A stretch of 63,697 nucleotides of DNA, filler included, from Choristocarpus tenellus KU-1152 (GCA_964200185.2; 13 parts of 13 records of this genome joined end to end with filler, not necessarily neighbours in it); one strand, 5' to 3'. Positions 12,012 through 25,545 are shown, numbered from the whole stretch's first letter. Notes: a model not told the origin generated them from the letters alone. Numbers and translations: made by a program.

Positions 12012-13030
12012 CTCCCTCTGTCCCATAAGTCTGGGCCGTTATGTTGTAACTCTTCGGGATGACCTCCGATTACAGAACAGACTACTCTTTGGACTCCTTG
12101 GAATATTTTACAGTAATAAACTATGTCTTACCTTTATTCGACACCATCAACCCTCCAATCTGGGGCTGTCGAGGAGGCTGCTTGGTCTACTTCAAATGAT
12201 CTAGCCAATCCACCCTCTCGTTGCCTTTTACGGTCCCAGTGTGCTGTACCTCAAAATCGCCACCCCCCAGCGCCCTCAACACCTGATTGTACCCCTTAAA
12301 CAGACTCTGCCACATCATCTTGAGTGTGTCTGTATTGTACGCATGGAACATGCTTGAAACCCTGTCTACAAGTTCATCAACGGTGCCATAACGCTCTGCC
12401 AAAACCCTGCTCTTCAGAGACGCAAAACCCCAAAACGATTGATGTTGAGATCCAGCGACTGCACTGGCCAAGTCACGAGCTTAACGTTCCATCCCTCCTC
12501 CATCCCTGCTGCGTTCAGCTTCTACACTATGCCCTTGCCTGTATGTGAGGCTGCACTGTCCTGCTGTATGGAAGACCCCCTGATTCCAGCCACGGCATTT
12601 TTTCCTTGATCGCTGGCAACAGCTGCTCCATGTACCATTCCAGGTACCACTCGGCATCGACAGTGACATCGACCTTGTACTTCTCGCCCTTTATGTGCCG
12701 CACTGCAGTTTGTTGCACCTCCTTCGTGATACAAACCCGCCAGATCCCAATCATGCTGTCGAAATCATGGGAAGGATCCTGGCATCAAACGGCAGAGATG
12801 AATATCCCTTTGAGAATGTGACTCTTGTGCTGCCCCTTTGCCAAGCCCACCTTTTCCTCCCTCGGGAACATGCGCACCATCTCTCATTCGTGGATGAGGT
12901 AGAACCGTGCTTCATCGATGTGAATGGTGTTGAGGCCAGTCCTGTAGGTTTTGCAGGAGAACTGGTTGAGGATGAAGTCCACCCTGTTCTTCTTGTGAGA
13001 AAGGGAAAGGCTAAGGGTGACACACCACTG
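12012..13030 (-). mobile_element. Tc1/mariner (Stowaway/DD39D-related) transposon, 5'-truncated pseudogene
   Basis: TA followed by TIR CTCCCTCTGTCCCATAAG at 12012. Motifs IHIDEARFY, LLPAIKEKMPW, IQQDSAASH, QSLDLNIN, FASLKSR, GGGDFEVQH are spread over shifted frames. Confidence 0.88.
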
Positions 13031-13631
13031 AACCCTTGTTGCCCCCATGGCTTAGAGTCATAAATGAAGCTTTGAGCTGCCAACTGTGAGACCTGCTTTG
13101 GCGATGGGGTTGTGAGAGTGTTGTGTGACTCCATGCTGCAGCAGGAACATTAAAAATGTTAAGAATATGCCCCATTCTGTGTTCTATTCTTCGGAACCAT
13201 TTCAGAACATAACTCTTTCTACAATTCTTTGAAAAAAAAAAAGTAAAACATTCCGAAACCAAAAGGTAAAAAAAAACTGACACCTCCAATTTTTTAAGTA
13301 CAAACTCTTAAATTGTTGGACATTTATATTCTTAAAAATACTAGAGACGACAAAAAGTCGTTCTTGAGTTTCGGTGATTCTCTTTCTGTTGACAATTGTG
13401 TTATATGAAAAAAAGAATATCGAACAGNNNNNNNNNNNNNNNNNNNNNNNNNNNNNNNNNNNNNNNNNNNNTTAATTAATTAANNNNNNNNNNNNNNNNN
13501 NNNNNNNNNNNNNNNNNNNNNNNNNNNCAACCTACCCTCCTTCTTACCCCCCCAGTCCAGTCCCCCTCCCAACCAACTGATGCATAAACTCTGCCACCAT
13601 CTCAATCACACTTCCTCATTACTGTGGTCAG

Positions 13632-16338
13632 CATCTTTGGTCCAAGACGGAAAGAAACTGAGAGTAAGTCCTACCTGGACACAGACCGTATCGTGAGGAA
13701 GGCCCTGGAAGTGGATCACTCTCGAATGCTTAAGGAGGAAAGGCTTCACAAGTGGATTGCAAGAACTGATGTATCTGTTGCTCAAGGGAATAAGACCACT
13801 AATGAGAGCCTGACGGAGGTGGGTTTAGGTTCCCTCAAAAGGGGCCCAGCTTACATGGGACTCACTTGCAATTTTTTTGGGTGCATGTTTCAACATACCG
13901 AGTCAGGTAAAGATGGTGGGGCAAGCTCTTGGGAACAAAAAGTGAGAGTCCATCAATTTTCTATATCTAGTCAATAGGATACACTCAGCATGGAACATCC
14001 TGAAAATATATTAGTGCCTATCACTAGAGGCAAAATGGTGGATATCTACCTGTAGCTATGGCCTTACTGCCCCTCTTCCGTTCTACCTGTATCTTTGTTA
14101 GTGTGCTTTCATACCACCGTTCTCCATGAACAAAAACTATGGCATCAAAGGGGTTCAATCCCTCGAACTTCATGCATGAAATAGCAAAATGGCTACATCC
14201 TGCCACCACAGACTTACATGAGATAAAATGTGATGTCGAAGAGGTTCCAGACCACGAGTTCATGGAGGTAATGGAAAAATCGTTCCATAGGCTGACTTGT
14301 TTCTGCCACAACCAGACACTAGATGCCAGACAAGTATCCCCGCCAATCTCGTTTAGCACATGCAAAAGAATAAAACTTCCCTTGCACAATTATTAGGTTT
14401 GCTACTCTCGGCAATCAAGGTATTAATACTTGCCCCTAAACATGAACCAGTGGAATAAATATTCTATCATCAACTCCGCCCCCCTTCCCTTGTTATCCTA
14501 ACCATAAATTCTACCTGTAGACCAGCACGTTGTGGGTGACCTCCTTGGACTGGAAACAATGAGTGCAAGTAGAGGACCAAACAGTACCAGTGACGTAAAA
14601 AACAAGGAGTGTTGATGGGTGCTCGTGTGCCCCATGGTATTGCGTGAGGGCAAGTCCTAGGATAATTTTTTTTCTATCATTATTTTTTTGTGCATAGATC
14701 TTTATCTTCAAGGGTACCTTAATGGTAACTCCCTGATTAAATAGGCCATTTCCTACATTAATCTCGTGGCTTCAAACCCCGTTGGCTCCATGTTTCTTGT
14801 TGAAGAAATATTTTCGATCACTAACAATAATCATATAATAATACAGTAGGATCGAATCCCACTTGGAAAGATTAACGAATCGCACACCAGTACTGTTGTG
14901 GAAATCTGGTCAAACGACCAAAGTCAGAGAGGATTAGATCGTTCGACCCAGTTTTTTTTTTATCAGACGGACTAAGGAGGTGATTTCCAAGGTTAGGGTT
15001 GGGGTTAGGGTTAAGGATAGGGTTAGGCACCTCCATAGTATATCCAATTCATCAAAAAAGCTCCTGGGAACTATCTAATCCAATTTGATGTAGGAACGTT
15101 TTATGTGGCCCCTACTATCCTGTCAGTTGGTACACCACAAAAACGTCAGACTAATATCGAAAGTGCAATGTTGAGGAAGGTCCAGCCAGAAATTCAACGG
15201 AGGAGGCAGGGCAATAATGATAGGTGGGAGTATTGAACCCAACGCACACGAAGCAAGGCATAAAGGGAGGCAGTATAATTGATTGTAGTGTAAGAGTTAG
15301 TTACAGTACTTGGTGTGAGAAGTATTGCAGGGTGTAGATAGAGCCTTTGACCACAGGTCGGGATAGTCCCCAGACAAAAGTGAAAACAGATAATAAGTCG
15401 AAGTAAACGAGAGGTAACCAGGTTTTGGCCGCTTTCCATTTTAAGCTATCAAATCTCATCTTTTGCAAGTCACCCATATATATATATATATGGATAAAGC
15501 AATACTATTGACTCGAGAGCGATGATTTCTCCATTGTTTGAAAATTTTCGACAGAAATCAGAAAATTCTCTATACGCATTTGTGCAAAACGTCGCCTCTT
15601 GCGCAAAGTCATCAGTGTCCTTGAAATGAAACCATGGCTACCTCTCATTTACTTTGGCTTAATATTAATGTCACTTAGGGTGAAAGTATCTTAGAGGTTA
15701 CAAGTTTTGCCCTGTTTATCCATTTGGGGCTTGGCTTCTGATGGATTTTTTCTAACATTTTCCTACTCCGAAACATTTCGGATTAGGTAGAATGTATATC
15801 TTATGAAAAGGTGTGTCCTTTACAAGGATATTGAGACTTCCTAACAAACACGATAGCCAAAATTACATCAAAATCGCAACATTGGATTTTGGTGCCAAAT
15901 GGACGCGGCTCTACCCTCTAAGATACTTTGACTCATAGGGAAACCAATCTCGTCCAGGGGTCCTCAACAATTGCAGGTCTAGAAAAACAACAAAATCTTG
16001 TTCAAGACCATTATTGAGTGTGATACTGCAACCTTCACAATTGATCCTATTGTTAAAGTTATTGCAAAGATTAACCTTGACATTCCTCTGCCGACACATT
16101 ATTATTCTTGCCCCTCTCCATGTATCAGGTCAAAGAGGTGTTCGCTGCTTACTACAAGGCCTTCCTTTCCATATTCAACTACTATTGTCTTACATCTAGC
16201 CAGACTGGGAGGGGAGCCTTCTCCATCCAAGTCAATCAGTACAGCAGAATGATGCAGGAGGCTCACCTTCCTGACGAAAAAATCTCTGTGGAGGATATTG
16301 GGAAAATATTCGTCCTTGTAAACTTTGAGTCTGACAAG
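13632..16338 (+). CDS. Two internal exons of an uncharacterised protein (possibly flagellar-associated)
   Basis: Exons 13632-13818 (IFGPRRKETESKSYLDTD...SLTE) and 16129-16338 (VKEVFAAYYKAFLSIFNYY...IFVLVNFESDK) join in phase 0; the second donor is GC. Function is a weak recollection only. Confidence 0.65.
14931..15081. repeat. 151-bp palindromic element with TTAGGG-like core
   Basis: Arms GGATTAGATCGTTC...ACTAAGGAGGTG and CACCTCCATAGT...GAACTATCTAATCC flank GGTTAGGGTTGGGGTTAGGGTTAAGGATAGGGTTAGG. Confidence 0.75.
15678..15934. mobile_element. MITE family A, full copy (intronic)
   Basis: Same ends and body as 10613-10871; flanks TTA/ATA. Confidence 0.9.
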
Positions 16339-16550
16339 GCACGTACTCCAGCCAAAAAGGATTTGGGAGGAGATGTTGTATGTCTTGAATTCGGCATGGG
16401 CTCCCTATTTGAACGGATCAATTTGTAGATGTAGTTTTGCAAATTGTCACCTTGTTTGTGAATGTCTAGTTATCCTACGTAGCTCTCTAATCGGTACCTG
16501 AGAAATAGTCTGGTGCATCATTGCATGGGATGGTTATCCTGGTGATTTGC

Positions 16551-16645
16551 GACGCAAAGTATCTGTGGGGGGGGGGGGGCTACACCAGGGGGGCCATTTG
16601 AGATCGGAAGGGGGGCGGGGAGGGGAAGGGGGTAGAACTTGGGGG
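16551..16645. mobile_element. MITE family B, partial copy at contig end
   Basis: GACGCAAAGTATCTGT-polyG-CTACACCAGGGGGGCCATTTG matches the left arm at 38828. Confidence 0.7.
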
Positions 16646-16745
16646 NNNNNNNNNNNNNNNNNNNNNNNNNNNNNNNNNNNNNNNNNNNNTTAATTAATTA
16701 ANNNNNNNNNNNNNNNNNNNNNNNNNNNNNNNNNNNNNNNNNNNN

Positions 16746-16924
16746 CTATCGCGTTTGCTAGGAAGTGTCAATATCCTTGTTCCGGACACACCTTTTCATA
16801 ACGTATACATCTTACCTACCCCAAAACATTTTGGAGTAGGAAAATGTAATTAAAAACCCCATGGGAAGCCAAGCTCCAAATGGACAAACAGGCAAAACTC
16901 GTACCCTCTAAGATACTTTCACTC
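16746..16924. mobile_element. MITE family A, partial copy at contig start
   Basis: Body and end ...GTACCCTCTAAGATACTTTCACTC. Confidence 0.9.
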
Positions 16925-17712
16925 AAAATCCCTGTGTATTGGATGAGCGTGATCGATAGTGTTGTGCAAGAAGGACTAAAGGATTTTGAACATGATGTTT
17001 GGATCACATCAGTACATTTTGCAACATGTGCATTAGTGAGACAGTTGTATATGGTACACCCTATCATCCAGTCTTGAATGTGAACTTCTCCCCATCCAAC
17101 TCATTTTTGTACGGAACTGACTCCTCTCTTCACATCAGCCCTTTCTTGAACGAGTGGATTCAACACAAATCGGGTAAGTCTTGGGCACGTTTTTATAGGA
17201 GGCTCATTAACCTTCCTACTCTGGAGGTTCAACAACACAAGGGACAGTTTACAGGGTGAAGGGTTAGGGATTCCTGTAGACCTTCACATTGTCAAAGGAA
17301 GAAGAACAGGCCAGAAGAGTCTTGTAATTGTGCACAATTGGCTTCGGAAAATCCGCTGAAATTGGTTTCATTTCAAATCATAATGCCTGGGCATGGAGTT
17401 GCATCTTTGATCTACGTGCATTATGGTTGTACATAGAGGTCGTTCCGACTGCTGTGATCCTGAGCAAACGTTCCCGTTTTGTTACTACTCGATACCTTGG
17501 ACTTTCTACTAGACCAGGGGGTCCAAATCATTGGTCGAAATTCCCCAAACAATCCACTCCTCCTCATTGTATCAACCGCCTTTACAACTGTAGTACTACA
17601 CAAGGGCTACACGGACTATCCTTGGAGCACCTTCTGATATATTGCAGTTATTCTATCACTTGCACTCAATGGACAAAGTCAACAACCCTGTCGCCCTCTA
17701 TTCTATCTGCAG

Positions 17713-17907
17713 GAAATGAGGAGCATTTGGAGCAAGCCAAAGTCCTGCTTGATGCTCTTCTTGGTGACGACTACCTTGTTAATTCCGATACATCTTTGTA
17801 CAAGTCCATCCTAACGAAGGGAATGTCAGGAATGGGGAGAGAGTGAGGTTGGGACGTTCACTGGAGACTACTTCTTAATTGAAGCCCTGGTGAGGAGAGA
17901 GGGCTAG
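17713..17907 (+). pseudogene. Last exon of a GH88 (unsaturated glucuronyl hydrolase)-like gene with a 1-nt frameshift
   Basis: After ctgcag: NEEHLEQAKVLLDALLGDDYLVNSDTSLYKSILTKGMS, then +1 shift to EWGESEVGTFTGDYFLIEALVRREG*. This matches the GH88 C-terminal GDY[YF]xxEALxR motif. Confidence 0.7.
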
Positions 17908-19649
17908 TGTTTGGAGTATCTTTAAACACCTCTGGGAAAGCACCAAGGTCATTCAGTTCATAAGATTGAGGGAGAGGTGTAGCAACAAGTGATGGGAAGG
18001 CAATTCTTAATTGGCATAGTGCAACAGTTTCAGTAATTTACTACGATAACTAGTGGAATTTACAGTGCTTCTGATCACAGATTGGGATAGTGCCCACACT
18101 TGAAGTGAACTTACTATCCATAGTTCTTAGTACCTATCCTGGCTGGTCAGTCACATCACTTTCGACTAGGAGCTGCCCAGCCCACAATCGTGCGTCCAGA
18201 GAGAAAATAAAAACGCAACAGCGCTTTTTCCCACCCTAAGAAAGTGTCCTCCAGAGTGATATTCAATTCTCCCCTGCTGGTTCATAATAGACAATACAAC
18301 ATTAAGAAAATGACGAAGGTGTATGCATTAACGAGAGCAAGTCCGCCACCTAGGTGTACCAAGCACTCTGTGTGGTTGATGCCCTTTACCCTTTGGCGAA
18401 TTGATATACGTTTAGCAAGTTCAAGTTTGTTCATATCTTCAAACCTTACCAGGTGCGTATCATTATCATTGTTCAGTTTATCACTGTCATGGAGTCCACT
18501 TACCAAGTTGTCCCTCCATCCACTTCTCAACTCCCTTTCCTGTGCGGATAATCACATTTATATGGAGGGATGGGGAGTTTGTGCTTAGAGGGAATATGTC
18601 TATTGCTCTGTGCAGGGCTGTCTACAACTCCTTCTCTGTTCCTTACTTCTCCATTTTCTTGCCCCTCTCTGTATGCTAGGTTTGAGCCTAGCACTTAACA
18701 ATTGTGGGTACATTTTATGTGTCTGTCAGCAGGAATCTCCATTAAGTTTACTATTTACTACTAATTCAGATATACGCATGCTGCTACCTTCAGTTATTCA
18801 TGTGGCAATTGGTTTACTCACTATGACACTGTCACCCTCTTATTTAGCCCTCTCCATCGCAACAAAAACAGAAGGCATACTACCCACAGCTTTCAAACTC
18901 GTGCCACCCACTTTGCCTTGTCCCCTTAGCTCGACGTAACAGATAGGCGTAACTTGTGGTAGTTTGGGCGCCTGCCCGTCCTATCCTGTTCAATTCATGC
19001 ACTACAATCGCGCGAACAGTCTAAGTGGCTATTTATCATTTTCCTTGTTCTGAAGTTTCCAGTGAGCAAGGGCCCGTTATCCACGCCCTTTCCTTCACGC
19101 AGATTGGCGCTCAGGACATTCCCTTCTCGTCTGTCACGCCTTTCTTCCTTCCTTGCCCTCTATGTGTATATTTTTTGTATTTAACTTACTTGTCGTGCCA
19201 TGGGGTCAGCTGTTCCACAGGATGGTGGAGAACCTTCCTCCCCCCTCATTAACGTCTCTACACTTCCCCGGATCCGAATATGCACGTCCCAATTGATGGA
19301 ACCTGGTAGACTACCCACTAAGGGTACAAGGGTAATCTTCTGATCGTTATCCCTGAGTTCGTTTGTGAAGCAGTGTCACTGATGGTGAACCTGAAGATGT
19401 TCCACAGAAGCTAGTTGTAGAGGGTACGGGTTGATTACAATGAGTGACAAGACGAGAATCCAGAAGTTCTGCTGTAACGCTTCAGTGACGAGCATGTTCT
19501 CTAGTATCCTAAAAAAAAACATGACGATGGAGAAAAGACCGATTATAGGGATCTGTGTTTTGTGGGAGCACCATGCAGAATTGGGGACCAAAGGATATGG
19601 AGATGATTGAGGGCACTAGACCATTGGCACAATGCATAGGTGTTACTAG

Positions 19650-21002
19650 TTGGTGAAGTTTATGCGAGGTGGCATCACCTGGTCAATGTTGTATCTATAT
19701 ATAGGTATATATAGGTAGTGCTGGCAAGAATCAAGGCTAGTATATGTGTGCTTTTTTCATGGGGAGATCCAAGGACAAAACCAGGAAACACATGAATGAA
19801 CTTGAAGCAAAATGAAAAGAAGGGGGAGATGGGGACGACAAAGGAGGGGCAAGTGCAGATGAGTGGGCGAGGAGAGAATAGGAGGCAGAATAAACAAAAT
19901 CTATGAGGGCAGAAGGAGGAGGTGACTCACAGCAGAGAGAGACCACGACAATCTGGAGTACAACAAGATGAAAGAAGAAGAGAAGGACTAGATGGTCACC
20001 AAGGGCATAATGATGGACCTATGTTAGGACTAGGGTAACAAGATCTAGCCATTACGACAAGAGGTAAGGACGTTTGTAGAAGTGGGGTGCAAAAGACCCA
20101 CGATAGTACCCTGATGAAACGGACAAGGAGGACGTTGTTGAATAACAGAAGGCATAAGATCAGGACAAAAGTATGGACGTATTTAGACATGAGGTAAAGT
20201 ATCCACGATGGGGGTGCAGTTGTTAAGAGCTCTCTGTGACTGTTTCTGATTTTGACTATCGAACGTTCATCTTTGGGTCACTACATCTTTCGATCCAATG
20301 ATAAAACATCTACCACTGGAGCTTTTTTCTTACATACAGAGTCTCCTGATGGAGGTAAACTGGATTTGGACCATGTACATTAATGAAGGTGTGCTACAGC
20401 ACGCTCCAAAAGCTTACCTCCACGGGATGTATAGCTCCGATCCACAGGGCTGTAGATGGCGCTGATGCTTGTACAGGTCTCCTGGAGGGTCAATGTATCT
20501 AGGGGGGGAATGCCGGCGTCCGTTTTTGACCTGGAATACTCCGACAGTCTAAAGGTCCAACGAGGATGATGAGTATCAGGTCAGCAGATGAGGGTACTCT
20601 TATGACTCAATAAGCATGAATAAGAGAATTGGTATCAGTTAATAGTGAGCCATGTGGGGGCCTGAGCTGTTTGGGGACGCTTGTCATCACTTACCGTATT
20701 ATTTTTATTTCAGCTTACAGACGTTGAAATAATCTGAGAACCGTTGCATACATTCCCAAGTTACAGATCTTACTCTACAAATTTATCAAATCGGAGTTCC
20801 CCCTTTTGGGGTTCCACACGTGCATAGACTGCTCGCGCTGGCTAAAGCGTGGGAAGAAACACCTGTCCTATTTGTTACAGGGTGGAAGTCTCAGTAGGAC
20901 CTCCATGTTACAGTGCACTCCAGAAGCTTACCTCCACAGGATGTATAGCTCCAATCTACGGGCCAATGGATGATACTGATGCATGTATAGGACTCCTGAT
21001 GC
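19650..21002. mobile_element. Highly decayed Ty1/copia RT-RNaseH fragments
   Basis: The plus strand has remnants such as ADEWA and PTIV...HKIRTK..DMR. A ~90-bp segment recurs at ~20392-20485 and ~20907-21000 (weaker at ~20280-20350); its minus strand resembles the copia DxxTRxSxSG...WxSKL..VA region. Confidence 0.4.
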
Positions 21003-21621
21003 NNNNNNNNNNNNNNNNNNNNNNNNNNNNNNNNNNNNNNNNNNNNTTAATTAATTAANNNNNNNNNNNNNNNNNNNNNNNNNNNNNNNNNNNNNNNNNN
21101 NNACTGATCTTATACATGGTTAGGATTAGGGGAGTTCACAGAAAAAGAAGGGGGGGGGTCATTTATTGGGGGCACAAGCAGGACGGGGGATGCTTTTGAG
21201 CTCTGTGCCCTTTGTGTCAATCCTAGCAGCAGAGGTGTTTGAGACACTTTCATGCTCCCGCACAACGCTTGACTCCTCCTTTGATAACAGACAAATTGTT
21301 TGCCAGACTTGGTCTACATATTACTGTATCTAAAAAATGCCAAGCTGTTGTTCAATTGTATCTCCCATCCCATCCCTACTGATACTGATGGCTGCACGCC
21401 CTTCAAAATGTACTTTCATATTTTGCTCCAATCAGTCAGCTCTTCAAGATCCACAAAGAAAATTCTCCCTGAAAACACTCTATAAAAAAAACAACCAGGC
21501 TTCAGAAACCGCTAAGTATATATATATATATTTCAGATATTTCTTGTGCCATTTCACCACCAGAAAATTCCTAGACACCGCCTTCCCTTCAGTTCACTTC
21601 CCTGGCCATCGCATGACTCAC

Positions 21622-22284
21622 CTTCATAGTCATACCACTCAGGATTCGCTGTGTCTCTACCTTTAGCTGGAGCTTGGCCTCGGTGAGCTCATTGGTCATA
21701 CCCACAACCTATTTTCCGTAAGCATCATCCCAAAAGAGATTCGATATGTTACAAAAAGGAAGGCACAGAGTAGAGTAAAGAGGGTCACGGCAGTCAGGGT
21801 GAGCTAGACTTTCATCTCCCTAGTGCATCAGGTTTGCTCAGCAAACATGGACTCTACAAGGTCCAAAGTAAATTCAACGCAGGAACATGACCATGGAAAC
21901 CACGACGTTGTTCACTACTACTACTACTACAAATAATAATAATAGATTGCCCCATCAACTTTAAAAAAAACGCAACCCCTCTACACACAAATCACTCAGT
22001 ATATCATAGCAGTCGTCAAGCCTCACCTCACCACCCCCAGCCCTATCCTCAAGAAAACACACCTTCCCAGTCCCAATTCTTCAAACCATACCAACACCCA
22101 CCACCAGAACACTCCCAGAGCTCACCTGGGTTGGCTCCACAAATAATGTTTTCCCTGACCTGGAGGTATCGTGTACAATGCCAACTGCTCGCTTATAGGT
22201 AGGTTTCACTGGGATAACAAAGCGACCTCCTACCTCGGAGACTTTAGCTCCACTACCTTCCTCCTTCCAGATACAAAAAACAAC

Positions 22285-22321
<37 letters not shown>

Positions 22322-23856
22322 GAGAGAGAGGAAACCGTCAATCAAGTGATTTGGGAAGGGTGTTGAGTCAATAAAGTTGGTGTGTTGTAAATTCAATACA
22401 TTGAGTCCCTCAAAATAGACAAGCAGAACACGTGCATCCTCAGCTGCAACTTGCCTCCATCTTTCTAGTGGCCTGTGGCACAAGGGTTAGGGAAAGGGTG
22501 TTTATTGGACATGGGCAGTAGGTGCCTCCACTACCCATCAAAGTCGACACGGTTCTCATCCTACATCTGCAGGTTAAGCATATCTCAGATGTACCTTTGA
22601 ACGTCCTATGCAAATAACACACACACACACAAGCACCCCACTACACTAAAAATACAAAACTACAACCCAACAACACTTTCCACCACTTTCCGCTCTTGAA
22701 TACCACTCAACACCACTCAACGTTACACCACAATCATCCAAGATCACTCCTTTACCATCCACTTCAATACCATGCCTTTGAACTAGAACACATCTACCAA
22801 GCCCGAACTCGACCTCTCCCCCCCCCCAGTATCCCAGTCGGTCGTGAGCAATCGAAAGGGTGGGTGCATGGGAAAGATTGCTCGTAGACTGCCTTGTTCT
22901 AGCCCTGCTTGTCCTGTCCCAACCTCAAGTTTCCCTTATATTCTAATCCATCCCTTCCTACCTCATGCTTCCACTTACCACCCATTCATTTTAATACTAT
23001 ATCAACAGCATTCATTTTAATACTATACCAACAGCATTCATTTTAATACTATACCAACAGCATTCACCTTAGCACCGCGTAAAGCTAAGGCTTTCATTGC
23101 TTCAACTACAGAAGCAGAATCATCCATATCATACTTCATATCTCCCATATTTTCCGAAGGCTCACCATCTTCCAAATGTCGAGCACTGTAAGGTTGTAAT
23201 CTTGCAACATACCTCTTACTATTTCAATATACAACCTGAGTTTCTTCTGAAGGTATAAATATTTCTGAAACAAGATTAATGCTATCAGTAACAGGTTATC
23301 TCCTACCTCTTCTGCCTCCAATCCAACCGGTACTTAACTCTTCGTCCACCTTCTCCTTCTTTTTCTTTTTACTCTTAAGTATCTTGAGACTCAGCACTCA
23401 ACTTATCAGAGTATTCATACCAATTCAAACCACAATACCCTCCGTGCAAGTGCATACCCCACCACAATTAAAGGTACAATTGCATACCCCACCACAATTA
23501 AAAAGGTACAATCAACACACTGCTCCTGTAGCACTCACGGTGAGCACACAAGCCCCCCCACAACAGACAACACACCAAGGCCAACATCACAAACATACCG
23601 TACACAGGTTCAGCAATCACAACAACTTTCAGTCAGTCCACCCTTTCCCCCTCCAACTCTGTAAGGCAACGCTGACCCCTCCGGAATGCAACACAGGTAA
23701 TCACAACCCCACGGCCTAGAGCATTGCACAACAGAGAGGAACAACCGATACGCTGAAAAAAAAAATCTCATTCTTGACCAATCAGAGTGTAACAAACACC
23801 TCAATTACCCTGCGACCGCTAGTGCGCATCAAGCCGTATTCAATCAAGCTTCCACG

Positions 23857-23893
<37 letters not shown>

Positions 23894-25545
23894 GCACAGG
23901 GATCGCAATGAAAACACCCGTCCATCAATAATCACAACGAACTCACAGCATGAATCTCTTCCTCCTCGAGGCACTAAAGAAACCTATTCGCGTCGCCTTC
24001 GCTCACCAGCTGCCAACACGCCTGCACCACACACCCCCTCCCCACAAGGACGTCAACAGTTTGTCATCCACCTCGGCAACGCAGTCAGTTCAGCCCCGCT
24101 CACTCACCGCCAACATCCCGGAAAATTCTCCGCCGGCCATCAGCCTCGTCATGGTGGCCTTGATGCTGCTTCTCAGCCTGTCCCGTTTGCTACGGAGGCG
24201 ACCAATCTCTGGGAAGCGACTTCAATGCCCACCACAAAAGCAAAAGGGCAACAGAAGTTTCGCAGAGATAAAACCCAACAAGAAGGCGGAACGGGAGGGG
24301 AGACCAGTGAAAGGACCGCGTGAGACACGGCTGGTGCGCGTTTGTCAGTCCCTAGACTTGAATTCATTGTCGTTGCTCGGCGTGGCGCAGGTGAGTGGGG
24401 AGGGTGGCGCCAACAGGCTCAACTAACGCGCTGGCGATAAAGGTGCTTGATCAATGGTGTACTTGGAAGTAATATCCAAGAAACTGCAAGCCCCAATCAG
24501 GATAACCGTGAAGATGAGGCGGCCTTAGGGGTCTTGAAGTTCACGTGGAGGACTACGTAATTCGATAGGATGTTGCAAGTCTGCAGAGAGTCACGGCAAA
24601 GCTAGACAACCAACACGCCTTCAGTTTCTCTTCAGACCCAGTATAATTAAACCCGGAATAAGAGGGGGCATGGAGGCTGTACTATTGCTTGGTATTGATT
24701 CTACTGGTGTTGATCGCTTTGCTTCAATGTTTCAACAGAGTTTACGGTCGCAACCGTTTCAGTCAGAACCTTTGAAAGTATGAATATATTCCGGAGCATG
24801 TTAGTCTTACTTTCTTGATCTCCTGCTTTGAGTGAGGGTTAAATCGCTCTTACTGTTGTACCATACACTGCGGCGCAAACCCAAGGCAAGTTGCTCGTTC
24901 TGAATCCAAAGTACAAGGCTCGACCTCAACAAACACTTCAAAGCACGTCAATGTACACATGGTACCACAAAATCCACTACCGTTGATGAACGGCACAGTG
25001 CACTGCATCAGGAAGAGGCACAATCACTACCGCCAAGAACTGAAGCAGTCAACACCCCAAACATAACCAATAAGGTAATAACTACAGTTACAGGCACGAC
25101 CCTCAAATATTACATGTTGCAAAACCATCAGAGAATCAAACCTCATCCCGCTGATACAATACTTCATGGTGACCTGCTTACCGGTTAAAGGTCATCTCAG
25201 CACTTCCCCCTTGGTTGCATCTACAACGTAGGCCATTACATGCAACCACCTCTGACTCTAAACCACACCACACCTCACCTCAATCAACTGAAAATGACTC
25301 TCCAAAAAGCACCATGCAACCCACTGCCCCAAAATCCTGATCCCAACAACAGTGCAGGCCACCGGAAAAGCAAGCCAAGCCCTCCCTCCTCTCCCACCCC
25401 GTCCCCCACCTCCTTCCATTTACCCTCTCACCTGGCAGATAACTCCCCTGTTTCATCAAAGGCCCCTCTCAGCAGTTGCAGGAGTGCCTCATCGATCATG
25501 ATCCCCCCCGCAACAGCTTGCAATTGTGGCATGTCCACAGGCCTC
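21622..25545 (-). CDS. mutS2: Endonuclease MutS2-family protein, internal fragment
   Basis: Phase-consistent exons 25432-25545, 24108-24219, 22126-22263, 21622-21708 give AFDETGELSASRFPEIGRLR...[43 protein letters not shown], containing the MutS2 GIVHDxSxSGxTxFVEP motif. Confidence 0.9.
22983..23066. repeat. Minisatellite, 26 bp x 3.2
   Basis: Unit CATTCATTTTAATACTATACCAACAG. Confidence 0.9.
23446..23512. repeat. ~30-bp tandem duplication
   Basis: CAA(G/T)TGCATACCCCACCACAATTAAAGGTA twice. Confidence 0.8.

Noticed and set aside
14725-14870. tRNA-like B-box motifs (GGCTTCAAACCCC, GGATCGAATCCC)
   Set aside because: I could not build a cloverleaf or find an A-box; at most SINE relics. tRNAscan-SE would decide.
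22983-23066. 26-bp repeats as a CRISPR array
   Set aside because: Contiguous tandem units with no spacers, inside a MutS2 intron.
24430-25240. Possible copia relic in a MutS2 intron (KYKAR motif)
   Set aside because: Only one short motif is recognisable; too decayed to support.
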